Shown here: positions 1 to 12,762 of the stretch, in pieces
Layout: each line of letters opens with the position of its first letter
Position numbering within the stretch: the stretch's first letter is position 1
Assembly (NCBI RefSeq): GCF_006345805.1
Contig: NC_043006.1
Location: 10,540,001 to 10,604,000 of the forward strand
DNA from: Octopus sinensis
Taxonomy: Eukaryota
Length of the DNA stretch: 64,000 bases
Reading direction: 5' to 3'
The notes under the pieces: generated by a model
Told to the model about the DNA's origin: nothing
Seen by the model: the letters and a program-made list of their open reading frames with translations, nothing else
Database searches by the model: none
Position numbers and translations under genes: made by a program

Positions 1-799
1 CTGTAATGAATCCTAATTTGTATTAAATCTAATTTTGATGCAACATCTTTTTCTCCTCCATTTTTCTATAATTGTTTATGGAATATCTATACCTACAACG
101 ATATTTTTTCAACAACTATTTTCATATGCTTATTACTTGCTCTGGCCGTTTCTTATGAATATCATGAATCTTTTTTAGATTCTTTCCCTCTTTTTAGACC
201 TCTCAAAAGGTTTGAATTGTTCGTTTTTGAACTTAATTTTCTTATATATGCATACATATGTGTTTTTATTTGTGTGTATCTGTGTGTGCGCGTGCATAAG
301 TGTAGCATGGCATAGCCAAGATGAATACCTCCCTTTGTTTCCCTACTTACAATGGTTTACTTGACGAATTACCTTAAGGCAATCGCCACACTTTTCACTC
401 AAACCTCATTCTACATGCAAATTCTGGTAGTATCCATAACAGATTCGCACCAGTTTGAGTGTATTAATGTATAATACTGTAAATCTACGATTGCTTCCAA
501 CAATTTGTGCCTCAGTACAATGGTTAGAGTTATTACATAATGAACAATGAAACTATTTTTCGTTTCATAGTTGCTAGGTGATTATCCGGATTTAATGGTA
601 TCTGTAGGGGTTTATTTATGTATGTCTAATTTAGCTACAAGATGTTTTCATTCATACTATTTTAGGCCATGTTATACTTGTGAAATAGAAGCAGTTTAAA
701 ATTCGTGTGGGCCATCTATTCATTCCTCTTCTTCGCCCTCTATTCCTGAGAGTGTCGTGTGGGAGTAGTCTTCAGTTAATCTTTCATAGGGTTCAGTAA

Positions 800-1330
800 G
801 AAATAAGCCCCGTAACACTTTCCTGCTGAATTGCCATGCATGGCCAAATGAGACTATAGATATTATCCAAATATGTCATTCGTGTTCTATTCCCAGTTCC
901 TCTATAGTTTGACTCGGCTTGAAGAATCGCTCCTACGATTCTTTCTTGTGACAGTTCAATCACATACCCTTAGTACTGCATTTGTGGATCTTCAATGCAG
1001 AGATTTCCGAACTACACACCCTTCGAACAATGTCAATCCAGAGATCTTCCGAAGGAATCCCATTCCAGACGCTTGTTTTCACGATCGTACATTTCCGTCA
1101 TTACCAAACATTTATGACGATAAGTGAGGGTAGGCACGAAACCGAGTTTAGCTTTTTAAACAACTTCTCCTCCTTTTACGAAGGAATGCTGGTGCTATAC
1201 TGTGTCTGAAGTTGCAATTCTAGCATCCAATTCAATATACTGCCTTTCACCACTCTTAGATATGGTCTCGAGGAACTTAATATTCTCCACTTGTCACAGT
1301 GATGTTCTACAAACATGGAGAGTGTACCGA
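800..1330 (-). mobile_element. Decayed RTE-clade (Rex3/Expander-like) LINE, C-terminal part of ORF
   Basis: Manual minus-strand translation gives QVENIKFLETISKSGERQYIELDARIAT...KAKLGFVPTLTYRHKCLVMTE...GMGFLRKISGLTLF, with stops and frameshifts. This parallels the RTE motif string QVEEFKYLG...EIDRRIG...KAKL...VPTLTYGHE.WVMTE...EMSFLRRVAG. Confidence 0.75.
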
Positions 1331-1939
1331 GAAGACTTTATTCTAAGGGCTAATGTCACAGTTCACGGGGCTGAACTTCTGAGGAGCAAGGATGGTATGA
1401 AGTGTTTAGAGCAGCGTATGAGCTTTAGACACAGCAGGGTAACGAAATGATGGAAGTGAAATTTATTGGATGGGTTTGGGCAGATTTGATATGCAGCTCG
1501 TTTTTAATAGTTGAGTTCTTTATCATGATGTTCAATTTCATGGTTGATGTTATTTGATGTTCCTTTAAATCGTCGGTTTACGTTTCATTTCACGTTTTCC
1601 TTTACTCTTTTTTCCTGTTGCGGGTATATATTCGATTTGATGTTTCTTAATGCTGTGAGTGCATATTTTATTTGCCGTTCTTTAAGGTTTGGGGTACATG
1701 ACTTAATCGGAGTTCTTTAATGTTGCACTCTCCCCCGTTTGCTATACATTGCTTTTTAATCGATTCGCTAGAAGTAAAATTTCTTAGTGGTCAACAACAC
1801 ATTAAAGATGATGTATAGCTGCATCTCGGAGATTAAGTGTGTGGCAGGGAGTTATTACTTGAGATATAATTTGATTATGAGGTGTGATTGTTTCGTGAAA
1901 TGTGTGTAGGTTGTTTGAAAGATAAGTGACGGAAAAAGA

Positions 1940-1981
<42 letters not shown>

Positions 1982-2459
1982 TGTTTAGTGAACAATTCTT
2001 TACAGTTCTCTTGTATGAAAAAGAAATTTTCATGATTTGCTGTTACATTATACGAAGGTTAAGTGGTATTGACATCAACTAACCACTCTCCTTGTAATTG
2101 TTGGCCTTGTGCCTAAATCGGAATGCAGGGAATATTTAACTTGCTGATTGGTAGCCAGAAATGTATTTCACCGTATATTAGTCTTCAATGATGAATAAAA
2201 TAAATGCTGTTCCGTGTTTCGTGACACTGGTCTTCTGAGTCCTTGTGTTCATTATGGAAAATATGCAGGAAGTGTGTAATGCCGTATTGTGTGAATACAA
2301 ATTAGAGAGGGTCAAAAGTATAATACAGATATAAAGAGGTGATTTATTTTTCTCAGACTATTTAGAATATGCATCAGATAACAATTTCCTTGGTGGTGAT
2401 GTAGCTTATAGATTCTGTTGGTTTTGGGTAACTGCTTTCATTTCATCCTATTCTCTTTC

Positions 2460-2900
2460 CATGCATTTAAGATTCGCTAGTATGATGTTTGTCTAGAAAT
2501 CAAAGTCCCAGAGGATTTTTGCCCTCCTCTTTTCGTCCATTTCCTTTTCCGGTGTATGCTGGTACCAAGCACACGTACCCTCGTATCCATACTTACGGCA
2601 TAGTAGCCAGTGGAGGTTTTGAGTTACTTAGTCGTGTCTACGCTTGTACTTTTTCTGCACAAGACTTCCACAAGCACTAACAATGTGAGCCACACTTTTG
2701 ACCTTCTTCTCACACATTCTGCGGAGTGGTATATGTTCTTTTTCACTGAGTTGGTATTAAATGCTTGGTCCTGGGCCGCGATGATCAGGCTTTCAATATT
2801 CTTTTTTAGGTCACCCTTGTTCAGCCAATCCATGATGCTTCCCGGTTTTTTAATTTGTTGGTTTCATGGTGGAAATGACTGCGTAATCCCATACGGATTA
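2460..2900 (-). mobile_element. R4/Dong-clade non-LTR retrotransposon fragment
   Basis: ORF 2624-2833 reads WLNKGDLKKNIESLIIAAQDQAFNT. Downstream frames give AHIVSAC...YKRRHD and HWLLCRKYG...WYQHTPE...KILWDF, typical of the region around the CCHC knuckle of RLE-type elements. Confidence 0.8.
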
Positions 2901-2949
2901 GGGTTGCTTATCTCTCGTTAGTTGTTCTTGTTCGGAATTTATGAGCACT

Positions 2950-3180
2950 CAAAAGTCTATTTTTGTTAACTCCTTCTGCACTAACTCACAGATTATTCTG
3001 TGAGTATGATGGAAAGTGTCAGTTGTCCAGACTAATATGACCCTAGTTTTCTGGTCAAACTTCAAGAACTCTGCGAAGAAATCTTGCGGTTCCAAGCAAT
3101 ACCGATTTTTGGAGGTGTTCTACTTTCACACTTGAGTCGATCTAATACTTCCAAGTCAACTAATAACTATTGGTATGACA
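2950..3180 (-). mobile_element. R4/Dong-clade element, extreme C-terminus and 3' UTR fragment
   Basis: Minus strand reads VVIPIVIS*LGS...EHLQKSVLLGTARFLRRVLEV*. Confidence 0.7.
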
Positions 3181-4250
3181 ACAAGTTGGAAGTTCATGTT
3201 GGTGTTATGCCTAGGGTGCCATATATTTGTACTATATATTTGTGCCATATATTTGTACACATATTTTGTACTTAGTGTTGTACGAGTGAATGTATAAAAA
3301 AGCATACGAAAATTATTTTTGTTTTAAAACTTGAGATTACATAGAAAGTATTTTGCCTAGGATATGAGCAGTTCCCACGAACACTATCTTTTGAATCTCT
3401 GCCATTTCGGGGGTTTCCTGGTATCTGAGTTAGGTAACAATCAGCCCATTTTGCTATCATTCCCAGGGCACCTATGACAACAGGTATTGTTTCAGGCTCC
3501 ACATTTTGCTGATTTATATTTCTAGATCTTTATATTTGCTCAGTTTTTGGTAGGTCTTGACAGATACGTTTATATTGATTGGGACAGTCATATCAATGAG
3601 GAGGCATGCTGTTTGTCTGAGGTCTTTCAATATGATGTCTGGCCTATTCACATCTATCTTTCCGTCAGTTTGAATGGTGAAGTTACAGAGGAGTGAGATA
3701 TGGTCATTTTCAAGCACTGGAGGTGGTTTATGTTCCCACCAGTTTTTATCATGGGATAAGTCCAGGCTTCTGCAAATTACCCAGGGAATATTTTGTGCAG
3801 CTCTATCATGCCTTTTGAGATACTCTATAGGCGCAAGAAGACTACACCTGGAGACAACGTGATCAATGGTTTCATTTTGTTGTTGACATACATTACATGT
3901 TGGGCTACTGCCGTTCTTCAATATGTTGGCCTGGTAGTTTCTTGTTGGTAGGCATTGATCTTGAGCTGCTATGATAAACCCTTCGGTTTCAGATTTGAAT
4001 TAGAGGCCATTAGCCATTGATGGGCCAGCGTTTTATCAACATCTGCATTATTCGCTCTCTTTGTGTATTTACCATTCAGAGGTTTTTCTTGCCATTTATC
4101 AGTAAGAATATCTAAGGCAGCAGTTTTAGCATGGGTTTTCATACGATTAGCATTTTATGTGCTTGTTTCTTGTATGTCTAATTCCGAAATTTGTTGTATT
4201 CGGAATTCACTTAGATATTCCTTCGCCTGTTTTGTAACTGAGTATGGTAC
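3180..4250 (-). mobile_element. R4/Dong-clade non-LTR retrotransposon 3' portion (CCHC zinc knuckle, restriction-like endonuclease, 3' UTR)
   Basis: ORF 3514-3921 has CNVC...ETIDHVVSRC, RHD, RPDI, IDMTVP and KLSKYKDLEI. ORF 3272-3502 has ETIPVVIGALG. The 3' UTR (3180-3360) matches 56170-56305. Confidence 0.9.
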
Positions 4251-4498
4251 TTTAGAATTATTTCATTTAGGCTGAACAGATTAGACTGTAGGAAAACTTG
4301 CCTCACATCAGGCTTAAACAAGTAACTTTAGACGCCAAGAACCTTCCTAAGTACACTAGTTGTCTCTAATAATATGGTTTTCTCCGACACTGCATTAAGC
4401 TAAGTACTTGACTATTTCCGCTAACCATCTGTTAAAATCTTACAATTGAATCTATATAGTAATACTTGCTAAATGCACTTATTATTATTATTATTATT

Positions 4499-5047
4499 GA
4501 GTGAGAGAGCAGTTCATGCCATCAAAGTGACACTGGGGTAAAATATACGAAGCCCAATATACCCATCATGACTACCCGTCTGATAAAGGTACACCAGGCA
4601 CATGCATCACAACCATATGTGCGCGACATGGTGATCTCATATCAAGATAAACAGCACATGACCTTGCAGGTGGGGCCCAGTTAGAATTTTCTTCAGGTTG
4701 AGTAGCCCATCCTGCTCAAATGGTCCCTGAATAAGGGTTGCTTTAGGATGTTGAACGAAACACCTATGTTTCCAGAGGTGAACCATTCAAACTCCAAAGA
4801 ATCCCTCTCAACACATGGCCATGATGCTCCCCCACTACTTCTGCTCGTGATCAGAGATGCACATATCGTCAGCCACTAAGGGACATGCTCAACTGGTTAA
4901 GGTCAAACAACTGACAAGCAAATCTGTGGTATTGAGCAGAATATTTGCTGTAGCCCATCTTTTATACCAAGACAAAACAATGTACATGATAACACTTCCA
5001 ATCAGTTAAGATCAGAAGCCATGAGAGCCACTGCCTGGTACTGCATC
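4499..5047 (-). mobile_element. ~550-bp non-coding retroposon embedded in (TAA)n, copy 1
   Basis: Highly similar to 55418-55973. Flanked on both sides by (TAT)n. No ORF and no tRNA-like head seen. Strand inferred from the (AAT)n tail. Confidence 0.8.
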
Positions 5048-5076
5048 TATTATTATTATTATATTATTATTATTTA

Positions 5077-5167
<91 letters not shown>

Positions 5168-5205
5168 AATAATAATAATAATAATATCATAATCATTATC
5201 ATTAT
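5048..5205. repeat. (TAT)n/(AAT)n microsatellite
   Basis: Seen directly. Confidence 0.95.
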
Positions 5206-5698
5206 CATAGAAGCATGTGGCAGAATGATACTGTTACTAGAGACTTTGCTGTAAGTAATTACTTTCCTCGTGCGAGTCATTCGTAATGATGATGAGTATA
5301 GCTGCAGTAACGTAAGCTATTGACAAAAAGCAAGAAAAAATGACCGGTTGAATAGGAGAGGATGTATGAACATACGGATAAATGGAAAGACTGTAGATTA
5401 AATGGATGATGGGAGCTATCATTCTTGTATTCTATATTGGAACGAGGAGATTTGGAATGATCATTGAATTTAGAAGAAGAATATTGTAAAAATGAATGTG
5501 TGTATAAATCAATAAATCAATAGAACGCAGGATCAAGCGGCTACTTACTGTATCGATACGAGCAGATGCTGAAAAGTTCCTGGCTTTACGGGTATCGAGA
5601 AAGTCCTGGTTGGGGGCCCAGCCTTCAGAGTTCTTTTATAAGACTTCAGAAAAACTGAAGGTCCACTGCAATAAGTGTGTGAATCTGGAAGAGAAATA

Positions 5699-6097
5699 TC
5701 TTTATATATAAAAGTCAAGTTGTGTGTCTGTCTCCTACGATTTAGATTCCTAACTACTCCCACATTTTGCGGTGCAGTTTAGCCAAAACCGGGTATCTTA
5801 TAGTCGTGATCCATATCGAGCCCATCTGGGTATTAGCGCGTGTCTACGATGAGTGTACGATTAAAAAAAAAATTACCATCAATTTTTCACATTTTTAATG
5901 CATTTTCGCTCGGTTTATATAAGGGAAGTAACTCTCTAAAAATGTATTATTAAATCTCAGAACGTAAAATGCTACAGTAACACACACCCCCCTTTGTGGT
6001 TAGCCATATTGAGATGGCTATTATACTTTACATCTCTAAAAATGCTTATATAGTTATTTCCCTTACAAACCCGAGCAACGCCGGGTGATACTGCTAG
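5699..6097 (+). mobile_element. Non-autonomous Helitron
   Basis: 5' TC after an A, subterminal hairpin cccgagcaacgccggg (6070-6085), and 3' CTAG followed by T. The last ~70 bp are shared with the copies at 24.2-24.6 kb and 52.8-53.2 kb. Confidence 0.85.
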
Positions 6098-7494
6098 TGT
6101 TGAATAAAATTATAAATAACTGATCCTCCTTTATTTTCTTTTACTCAAAACCAGGAGCTTTTCAACAATCGAACATCGGTGAATAAATACTGACTGATAA
6201 ATTCAATACAAAGGCAAGTGATGGTGGTTTTACGGGTTAAATGGTATGTTACATGGAAAACATAAATATTGATGTTAAAAGAAGGTTCTCTTGTATGTTG
6301 TTCGTAGATGTTGTTTAATTTTTAACATGTCTATTATAGACATCCTATGGCAGGCCGTAGCCGGGAGAGGCAAAATACTGAATATAAGTCTCCATGTTAG
6401 AATAACAATATGTGGAAGAATGTATTGAAGAAGAGAAAAGAAATAGGCAAAGAATAAAATAAAACTTTAGAGGAATATAAAGTGAGTAATGAAATTAAAT
6501 AAAAGAAAATATTATATCAGCAGCAAACAAAAGAATGACGTAAAATTATTAATCAAGATGGTGTAGAAAACAAAATGGCTATTAATGGGAATTCATGCAC
6601 AGTTTCCTAGTGTCGTTTTGCTGTTCACAAAACTGAAATTTTGTATATTTTGTCTATGTTATGATATTGTTGTTTACTATTGTAAAAATGCGGTTCCCTT
6701 GGCTCTTGAATGAGGGTGTGCGGTCTTATTTTGAATGAGAGTTTTCACATGTCAATGTAGCGTTCCATACTGGGTTCTCTGTTCCCAAAAGCATGAAAGA
6801 TACTTCCGGAGTCAGAGCGTCGTGAGGATAGTTTCTCCGATTTAGTATTGCGTTCTCTATAATTCAGTATTGCTTCAGGAACAAAAGCATCTTTGTTGCA
6901 GTGTCAATTGCGCGGGTATACAAGGTCAACTCCGCATGACGAACAAGCTTCAGGATTACAAAATAATGGGTTTTTAGCAAATAATTCTGTCATGAACCGC
7001 ATTTTATTCGCTGTGCAACTTAAGAAAATCTAAAGCGTGCATCTCTGAAATAACTTTGTATATATGCATCAACTCCTGTCTTTAGGTGTTCTAACTCATT
7101 AAAAAGAAAAGTCGTGCGTTTCCAATTATCTACAACATGAAAGAAGTGGATTGTGTGTATAAATATACATCTCTTTGAAACACTTGCATTCAAGCTTTGT
7201 TAAAACAGGAGGCCGTTCCTTCATTTGTCGTATTATAAATAACCAAATTCAAATTCTTAGTTTTAATGCCTTTTACGATGTCCTTAAAAGTTACATGTTA
7301 GTAGCTGAATTTTTCGTAAGGCTTATGGACTGACTTCTATGATATAGTGCCTTCAGGTAGTGTAATGAATAGGACTAAGACCATAAATAAGATAATTTCT
7401 ACTGTAATCTGAAATCTGAAAAATGACTTCAAATCTAATATGATGTTTTCAACCACCTCATACATATTTTTTGTGTGCATTTTCAATTATCTGT

Positions 7495-7541
7495 GTACAC
7501 ACATATGCACAGACATATAAACACGTATGTAACTGTGATAC

Positions 7542-7576
<35 letters not shown>

Positions 7577-7832
7577 CTCACACACACACACATATAAATA
7601 CTATGAAGGGAAAGAGTACGAAAGTTTTAAATTTTCGTAAACGATATAAAGACTATTTAAATATCTTTCTATATATTGAGATAAATATATCTGTAGGCAG
7701 ATATATAGATAGATAAATACAAAGATAGACACAAAAAGCGATATATATATATATGATACACACACATACACACACATACATACATACATACATACATACA
7801 TACATACATACATACATACATACATACATGAA

Positions 7833-7870
<38 letters not shown>

Positions 7871-7920
7871 AGCATATGTTTGTGTATATAGGTATTTATG
7901 CGTATATGTAAATGTGTGCG
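7495..7920. repeat. Compound (CA)n/(CATA)n/(TA)n microsatellite region
   Basis: Seen directly. Confidence 0.9.
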
Positions 7921-9440
7921 TATTCCTGGCGATCAAATATGCAATAACATCACACACGTTTTCTACAGTGATCACGTGATCTCTTCTATCAGTAATTTAG
8001 CGAAATTATTGCTCTATATCAGTAACTATTTCTATTTATCTTTATGAGGTGCAGTAGAAATTAACTCTGCCATTATTCTTATCGTCAATGTTTAATGATA
8101 GATTTTGTTGAATTGCCTCACTAGCAACAGTTTGCACCTCGTTAACCGAAGCATGGTTTCGATTGCCATATCCAGTAGTTTGATTTTTCCTTTTTGATTT
8201 TCTCGGTGTTATTGCTCCTGGGATTGTTCTGATTGTCTTGTTTTGGAATCTTGCTATGCCCTGATTCAGCAAACCTGTGAAGAGAGTGTTCCACCCATGA
8301 CCACTCATTTTGTTAGGGTAAAGAGAAAAGGCAAAGCGCTACATTATCGATTGTATTCCTAGAGTTCATCTACATCTAAATTAAAAATTGTGTGTGATAT
8401 AGAGAAGATATAATATTCTTTATCTCTTGGACAACAAACGTGTTTTTCTCTCTTTTGTTTTCTTGTTTGGTTTGATCTACCGCGGTGAAACGGTAGATTT
8501 TTCAGGGTCGACGAAATAAGTATCTGCCGAGCACAGAAATCCTTTCAAAATTGAGCCGAAATTTGAAACCTGTTCTGAGGCGAACTTTCGATATGTTGAT
8601 TATCATTTCTTTTTGATCTCTATTGATATTTAAAACAGATAGCAAGAAACATTATCTTGCTATCTGTTTATTTCATATTAAGAACCAGAAATTATCAATT
8701 TGTTTTGAGAGCATAAACAGCAACACTATCATTCACAAAACTGGGAATTCTTCTTTTCAATTCGCTGAATAATAGTTAAAATTACTCCTGATTGTTTCCG
8801 TCAAGAGCTACTTAGAAATGTTGTAGCTCTTGACATTTCTATATAGTGAGGAAAAGAATGTGTTTCAGATTTCAAAAATATAATATGGTAAGCAGAATAA
8901 CTCTGAAAGGCAACTGACAGCCGTTTGAGATCACAGTATTTACCAGTTGGGTAATACCAACGGCATACTAATCATTCTTGCGTTATATAAAAGTCTATGG
9001 TAGAGAAGAGTGACCAAATTCTGGAGGAAAATTCTAGCATCGCAAAGTATTGTGTGGATGATCTGTTATTAAAATATTTTCATGATGAAAGATGACAGCA
9101 ACAACATCCATCCGTGACTCTAGCGTCAGCATGAACCACGAGTGTTTTATCTATTACGATTATTATTATTGCAACCTTGAAAACAAACAACTTGAAGTAT
9201 TTTAGATTAGGTTTAATTATTTTAAAAAATTCCATTTCTTCTAAGGATTGGAAATAGCGGTATTAACTAAAACAACAACAAGAATGGTGAAGTCAGATGG
9301 CGAACTACAATCAGCACTGTGAGGACGACTAACCAAAACATTTCTTTCTACTTTTTCTTAGTCAGCAGTGCCATCACTACCACGACTACCGCTACCACCA
9401 CCATAGAAGAAAATACATTAGTTCAATATTTCCCACCCTC

Positions 9441-9861
9441 ATACCTATTTCTTTACTACCCACAAGGGGCTAAACACAGAGAGGACAAACAAGGACAGAC
9501 AAACGGATTAAGTCGATTATATAGACTCCTGTGCGTAACTGGTACTTATTTAATTGACCCCGAAAGGATGAAAGTCAAAGTCGACCTCGGCGGAATTTGA
9601 ACTCAGAACGTAGCGGCAGTCGAAATACCTATTTCTTTACTACCCACAAGAGGCTACACAGAGAGAGGAAAAACAAGGACAGACAACGGATTAAGTCGAT
9701 TATATCGACCCCAGTGCATCACTGGTATTTGTGTAATCAACGCCGAAAGGATGAAAGGCAAAGTTGACCTCGGTGGAATTTGACCTCAGAACGTAGCGGC
9801 AGACGAAATACCACTAAGCATTTCGCCCGGCGTGCTAACGATTCTGCCAGCTTGTCGCCTT
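9441..9861 (-). mobile_element. tRNA-derived SINE family A, head-to-tail dimer
   Basis: Head aaggcgacaagctggcagaatcgttagc (A-box-like) with a B-box-like segment; body repeated twice; approximate TSD ccaccct(c/a)atacct. The central gcctttcatcctttcgg segment resembles the Deu/Nin SINE domain (recalled, unverified). Confidence 0.9.
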
Positions 9862-10624
9862 TTGCCACCCTAATACCTTCACTACTGCTCCCATGGTCAC
9901 TATAGTCGAATGGACTGTCAACAAGTGCCGTATTAATAGTACCCTTACTTTTCGTAATTTCTTTTGAGTGGTTTCTACGCCATTTCTAAGTAGCTCTTGA
10001 CGGAAACCATCAGAAGTAAATTTAAATATAAGTCAACGAATTGAAAAGAAGAATTGCAAGTTTTGTGAATGATAGTGTTGCTGCCTATGCTCTCAAAACA
10101 AATTGATAATTTCTGGTTCTTAATACGAAATAAAGTATAATTTAAGATTTGGGTCAAAATATTCGCGTAGACATTACCATCTATTTTTGGTAATGGGATT
10201 GGGAAAGAGAACTCGGCGTGTTAGGCTAATAGGGAACATAAATGATTGCCAACACAATCATAAATTATTTGTTGTATGGTGCGAATGAGAAAATACGTTA
10301 TCCAGATTAACTTCTTGAAATATGGTGCAAGTATCTGGCATAATTCATAACAGACAGAACGTATCCGCTCACTAATGTTATTTACTGCGAAAGTTCGTAA
10401 AGCAGATGTCTTCTTCTGAGGCATAAGCTGTAAATTTATGAATGTTTCTGAAGAACACATATCATATTGAAATGTTTAAACTTTTCTTTCTGAGGAAGAA
10501 ATTTTTGAACACAAATTGTGTACAACACGAATCTAAATGACTGCAGGCTTGTACATGCTTATTTATTTCTGTATTGGTTTTATCTTCATGTATTCAAGTG
10601 CAAATAAAACTAAATATTATACTA

Positions 10625-11909
10625 TCAGGTCATCCTATAAGTTCTGTCCGAATTTTGAATAAAGAAAACAAATGATCGAATATTATATTTAATTGAAATA
10701 TTATCATCAATGTACTTTTCCTGATTATCTATGATTTCCTTCCATCTATTTACAATCGTTTTACTCCCATCAATGTAAAACTCTTTTGGTTTCAAAGCTA
10801 AGAACTTTAAAATATCAGTTTCGACATCCTCCTGGTTTGCAAAAGTTATTTCCCCCAAATGATTCTGTAAACAACGAAACAAATGGTAGTTTAAACGGGC
10901 AAGGCCGGGAGATTAAGGTGGATGAGGAATCTTTTCCCAACCAAGCACTTTGAGCTTCAGTGATGTGATCTTTGCAGTGTGGGGTCGCGCATTGTCCTGA
11001 TGAATCATCACTTCTTTTCGATTCGCTAAAGCGGGTATTTTTCCTCAAAGCTTGGTACAAACGCTCTAATTGCTGACAGTAGACTTGAACATTGATCGTT
11101 GCATTAGGTGGTAACAATTCAAAGTGAATTATTCCTTTGCAATCCCACCAGACAGAGAGAAGAACCTTTGTTTCCATGAAGTTCCCTTCTCGGTTGTGGT
11201 TGAGCTTTTTTTTCTTTTACCAAGCCACTGATTACAACGATTAAAATTTCTATAGAAGATCCATTTTTCGTCACCACTCACGAGTCTATCCAAAAAGGGT
11301 GAAATGAGTTCGTGAGAATGGAGAAAAAACAGATCTCAACTCGGGATTTGCTGTTGTTTCGGATAATTCATGGGGCATCCATTTTCCAAGTTAAAGAACC
11401 TTTCCAATTGTTGAAGATGACGATGAATAATTGTATGGTTTGAACTGAGCTTTATTCCCAATTCTTCAACTTATAATGCAGGATATTCTTCAAGTAATGC
11501 CTCAAGGAGCCTTATCATCAAACTCAACTTGACGTCCTGTTAGATCTTCATCTTCAAGGCTAAAATCTCCAATTCTGAATTTTGCAAATCATCTTCTGCA
11601 AGTTCTTTCATTCAAGCATTCTTTCCCATAGACTGAGTGTATGTTTCGAGTAGCTTCGGCTGCAGAGTTTCCTTTTCTGTACTCATAAAGCATTATGTGC
11701 CTTAAATGCACTTTGAATACTTCCATGTTAGAAAGGGTTTTAATCAAAGGAATTTTAATTCTATTATTCTGTAAAATAATATTTAGTTTAAATGTACACA
11801 AATGCATAAAAATAATTTTTAATTCCATTATACATTCTAAAATACTATTAAATTTCATTTAATGTTTTAAAAAAAGGTAAAATCTGACAGAACTTATGGG
11901 ATGGCCTTT
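10625..11909 (-). mobile_element. Full-length (1285 bp) decayed mariner transposon
   Basis: Imperfect ~30-bp TIRs (tcaggtcatcctataagttctgtccgaatttt and its inverse at 11879-11909), TA on both sides, internal transposase pseudogene. Confidence 0.93.
10700..11726 (-). pseudogene. Mariner transposase pseudogene
   Basis: Split over several frames with stops: MEVFKVHLRHIMLYEYRKGNSAAEATRNI (HTH), WMPHEL, DEKWIFY, KVLLSVWWD, HQDNARPH, HPP*SP and YHLFRCLQN. Confidence 0.9.
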
Positions 11910-12712
11910 TATATTTCTACGTTACCTTTCATTACAAAGCTAAACTTGTATTCTACTGCGGCTAATACTAATACAAGGTAGACGGTATAGCAATAACCTA
12001 AATTTCTTCTATTGTATATATTAGTTCTTTCTAACACTAAAACAAATTCTACTTCTAGAAGATTTATTTAGACAAGTATATTTATTTTGGAGTAAAGCGT
12101 TGCGATCAAAGTAAATCAGGTGATTCACTCTCTCCAAGTGACGGTGTAAAGTAACTGAAGTGTAATGGACTGAATATATGGCGAATGGGCTTCTGTGTGC
12201 CAATTGGCTGGATTGAGTCGACGAACGATCCGGAACATTATCAATTTCTGTATGCAGGATATATTTGGACATTGCCCCGAGACCGACTGAAAATATTTTA
12301 ACCGAAACAATTGACATGATTTGCACGTCATTGTGTCGTGGTTGATTTGTCAGTTATTTAATAAGTCAGACAGTGTCTATGAACTAAAGCTGGCTTGAGG
12401 ATCAAACTATACTAATCGTACAAGAGAAAATAAATCTTTCTGGTTTAAATCATGTGATTGATGCATCAGAAATTTTGAGATCTAGGTAAGTGGCGAATGG
12501 CGATTTTTATTGCGAGTTCACAAACTGGCATTTTTGCTATTTAAATCCAGAGTGATGAAAAGCAATGTTGATCCACTAACTATTGATTCGAACACAGAAC
12601 GTAAATAGCTGGATCTAAGAAATTTTGAGGTACGGAGATAGACAATTGCATAATGAACCGGAGACTCGTTACCACATGGTAATTTTGTGCCACGTTCTAA
12701 CGACTCTGAATC

Positions 12713-12730
12713 AGTAGTAGTAGTAGTAGT

Positions 12731-12761
<31 letters not shown>

Positions 12762-12762
12762 C
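12713..12762. repeat. (TAG)n microsatellite
   Basis: Seen directly. Confidence 0.9.

Noticed and set aside
5021-5280. Poly-Ile, poly-Tyr/Ile and Cys/Val ORFs here and at 7.5-7.9, 14.4-15.0, 18.0-18.5, 24-26.4, 34.7, 35.6, 41.3-41.8 and 56.5-56.9 kb
   Set aside because: Translations of (TAT)n, (TA)n, (TG)n and (GATA)n microsatellites, not genes.
6640-7260. Possible decayed transposase on the minus strand
   Set aside because: No diagnostic motif recovered by manual translation.
9319-9600. Recurrent ORFs such as YLFLYYPQGAKHREDKQG and MSSNARGTNTDTQ
   Set aside because: Antisense or incidental frames of SINE families A and B; they recur because the repeat recurs.
10440-10485. ctgaaga...gaaa hammerhead-like string (similar partial strings at 30940-30995, 38730-38770 and 40700-40740)
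   Set aside because: No convincing stem II, or missing GAAA/NUH geometry; compatible with chance in AT-rich DNA.
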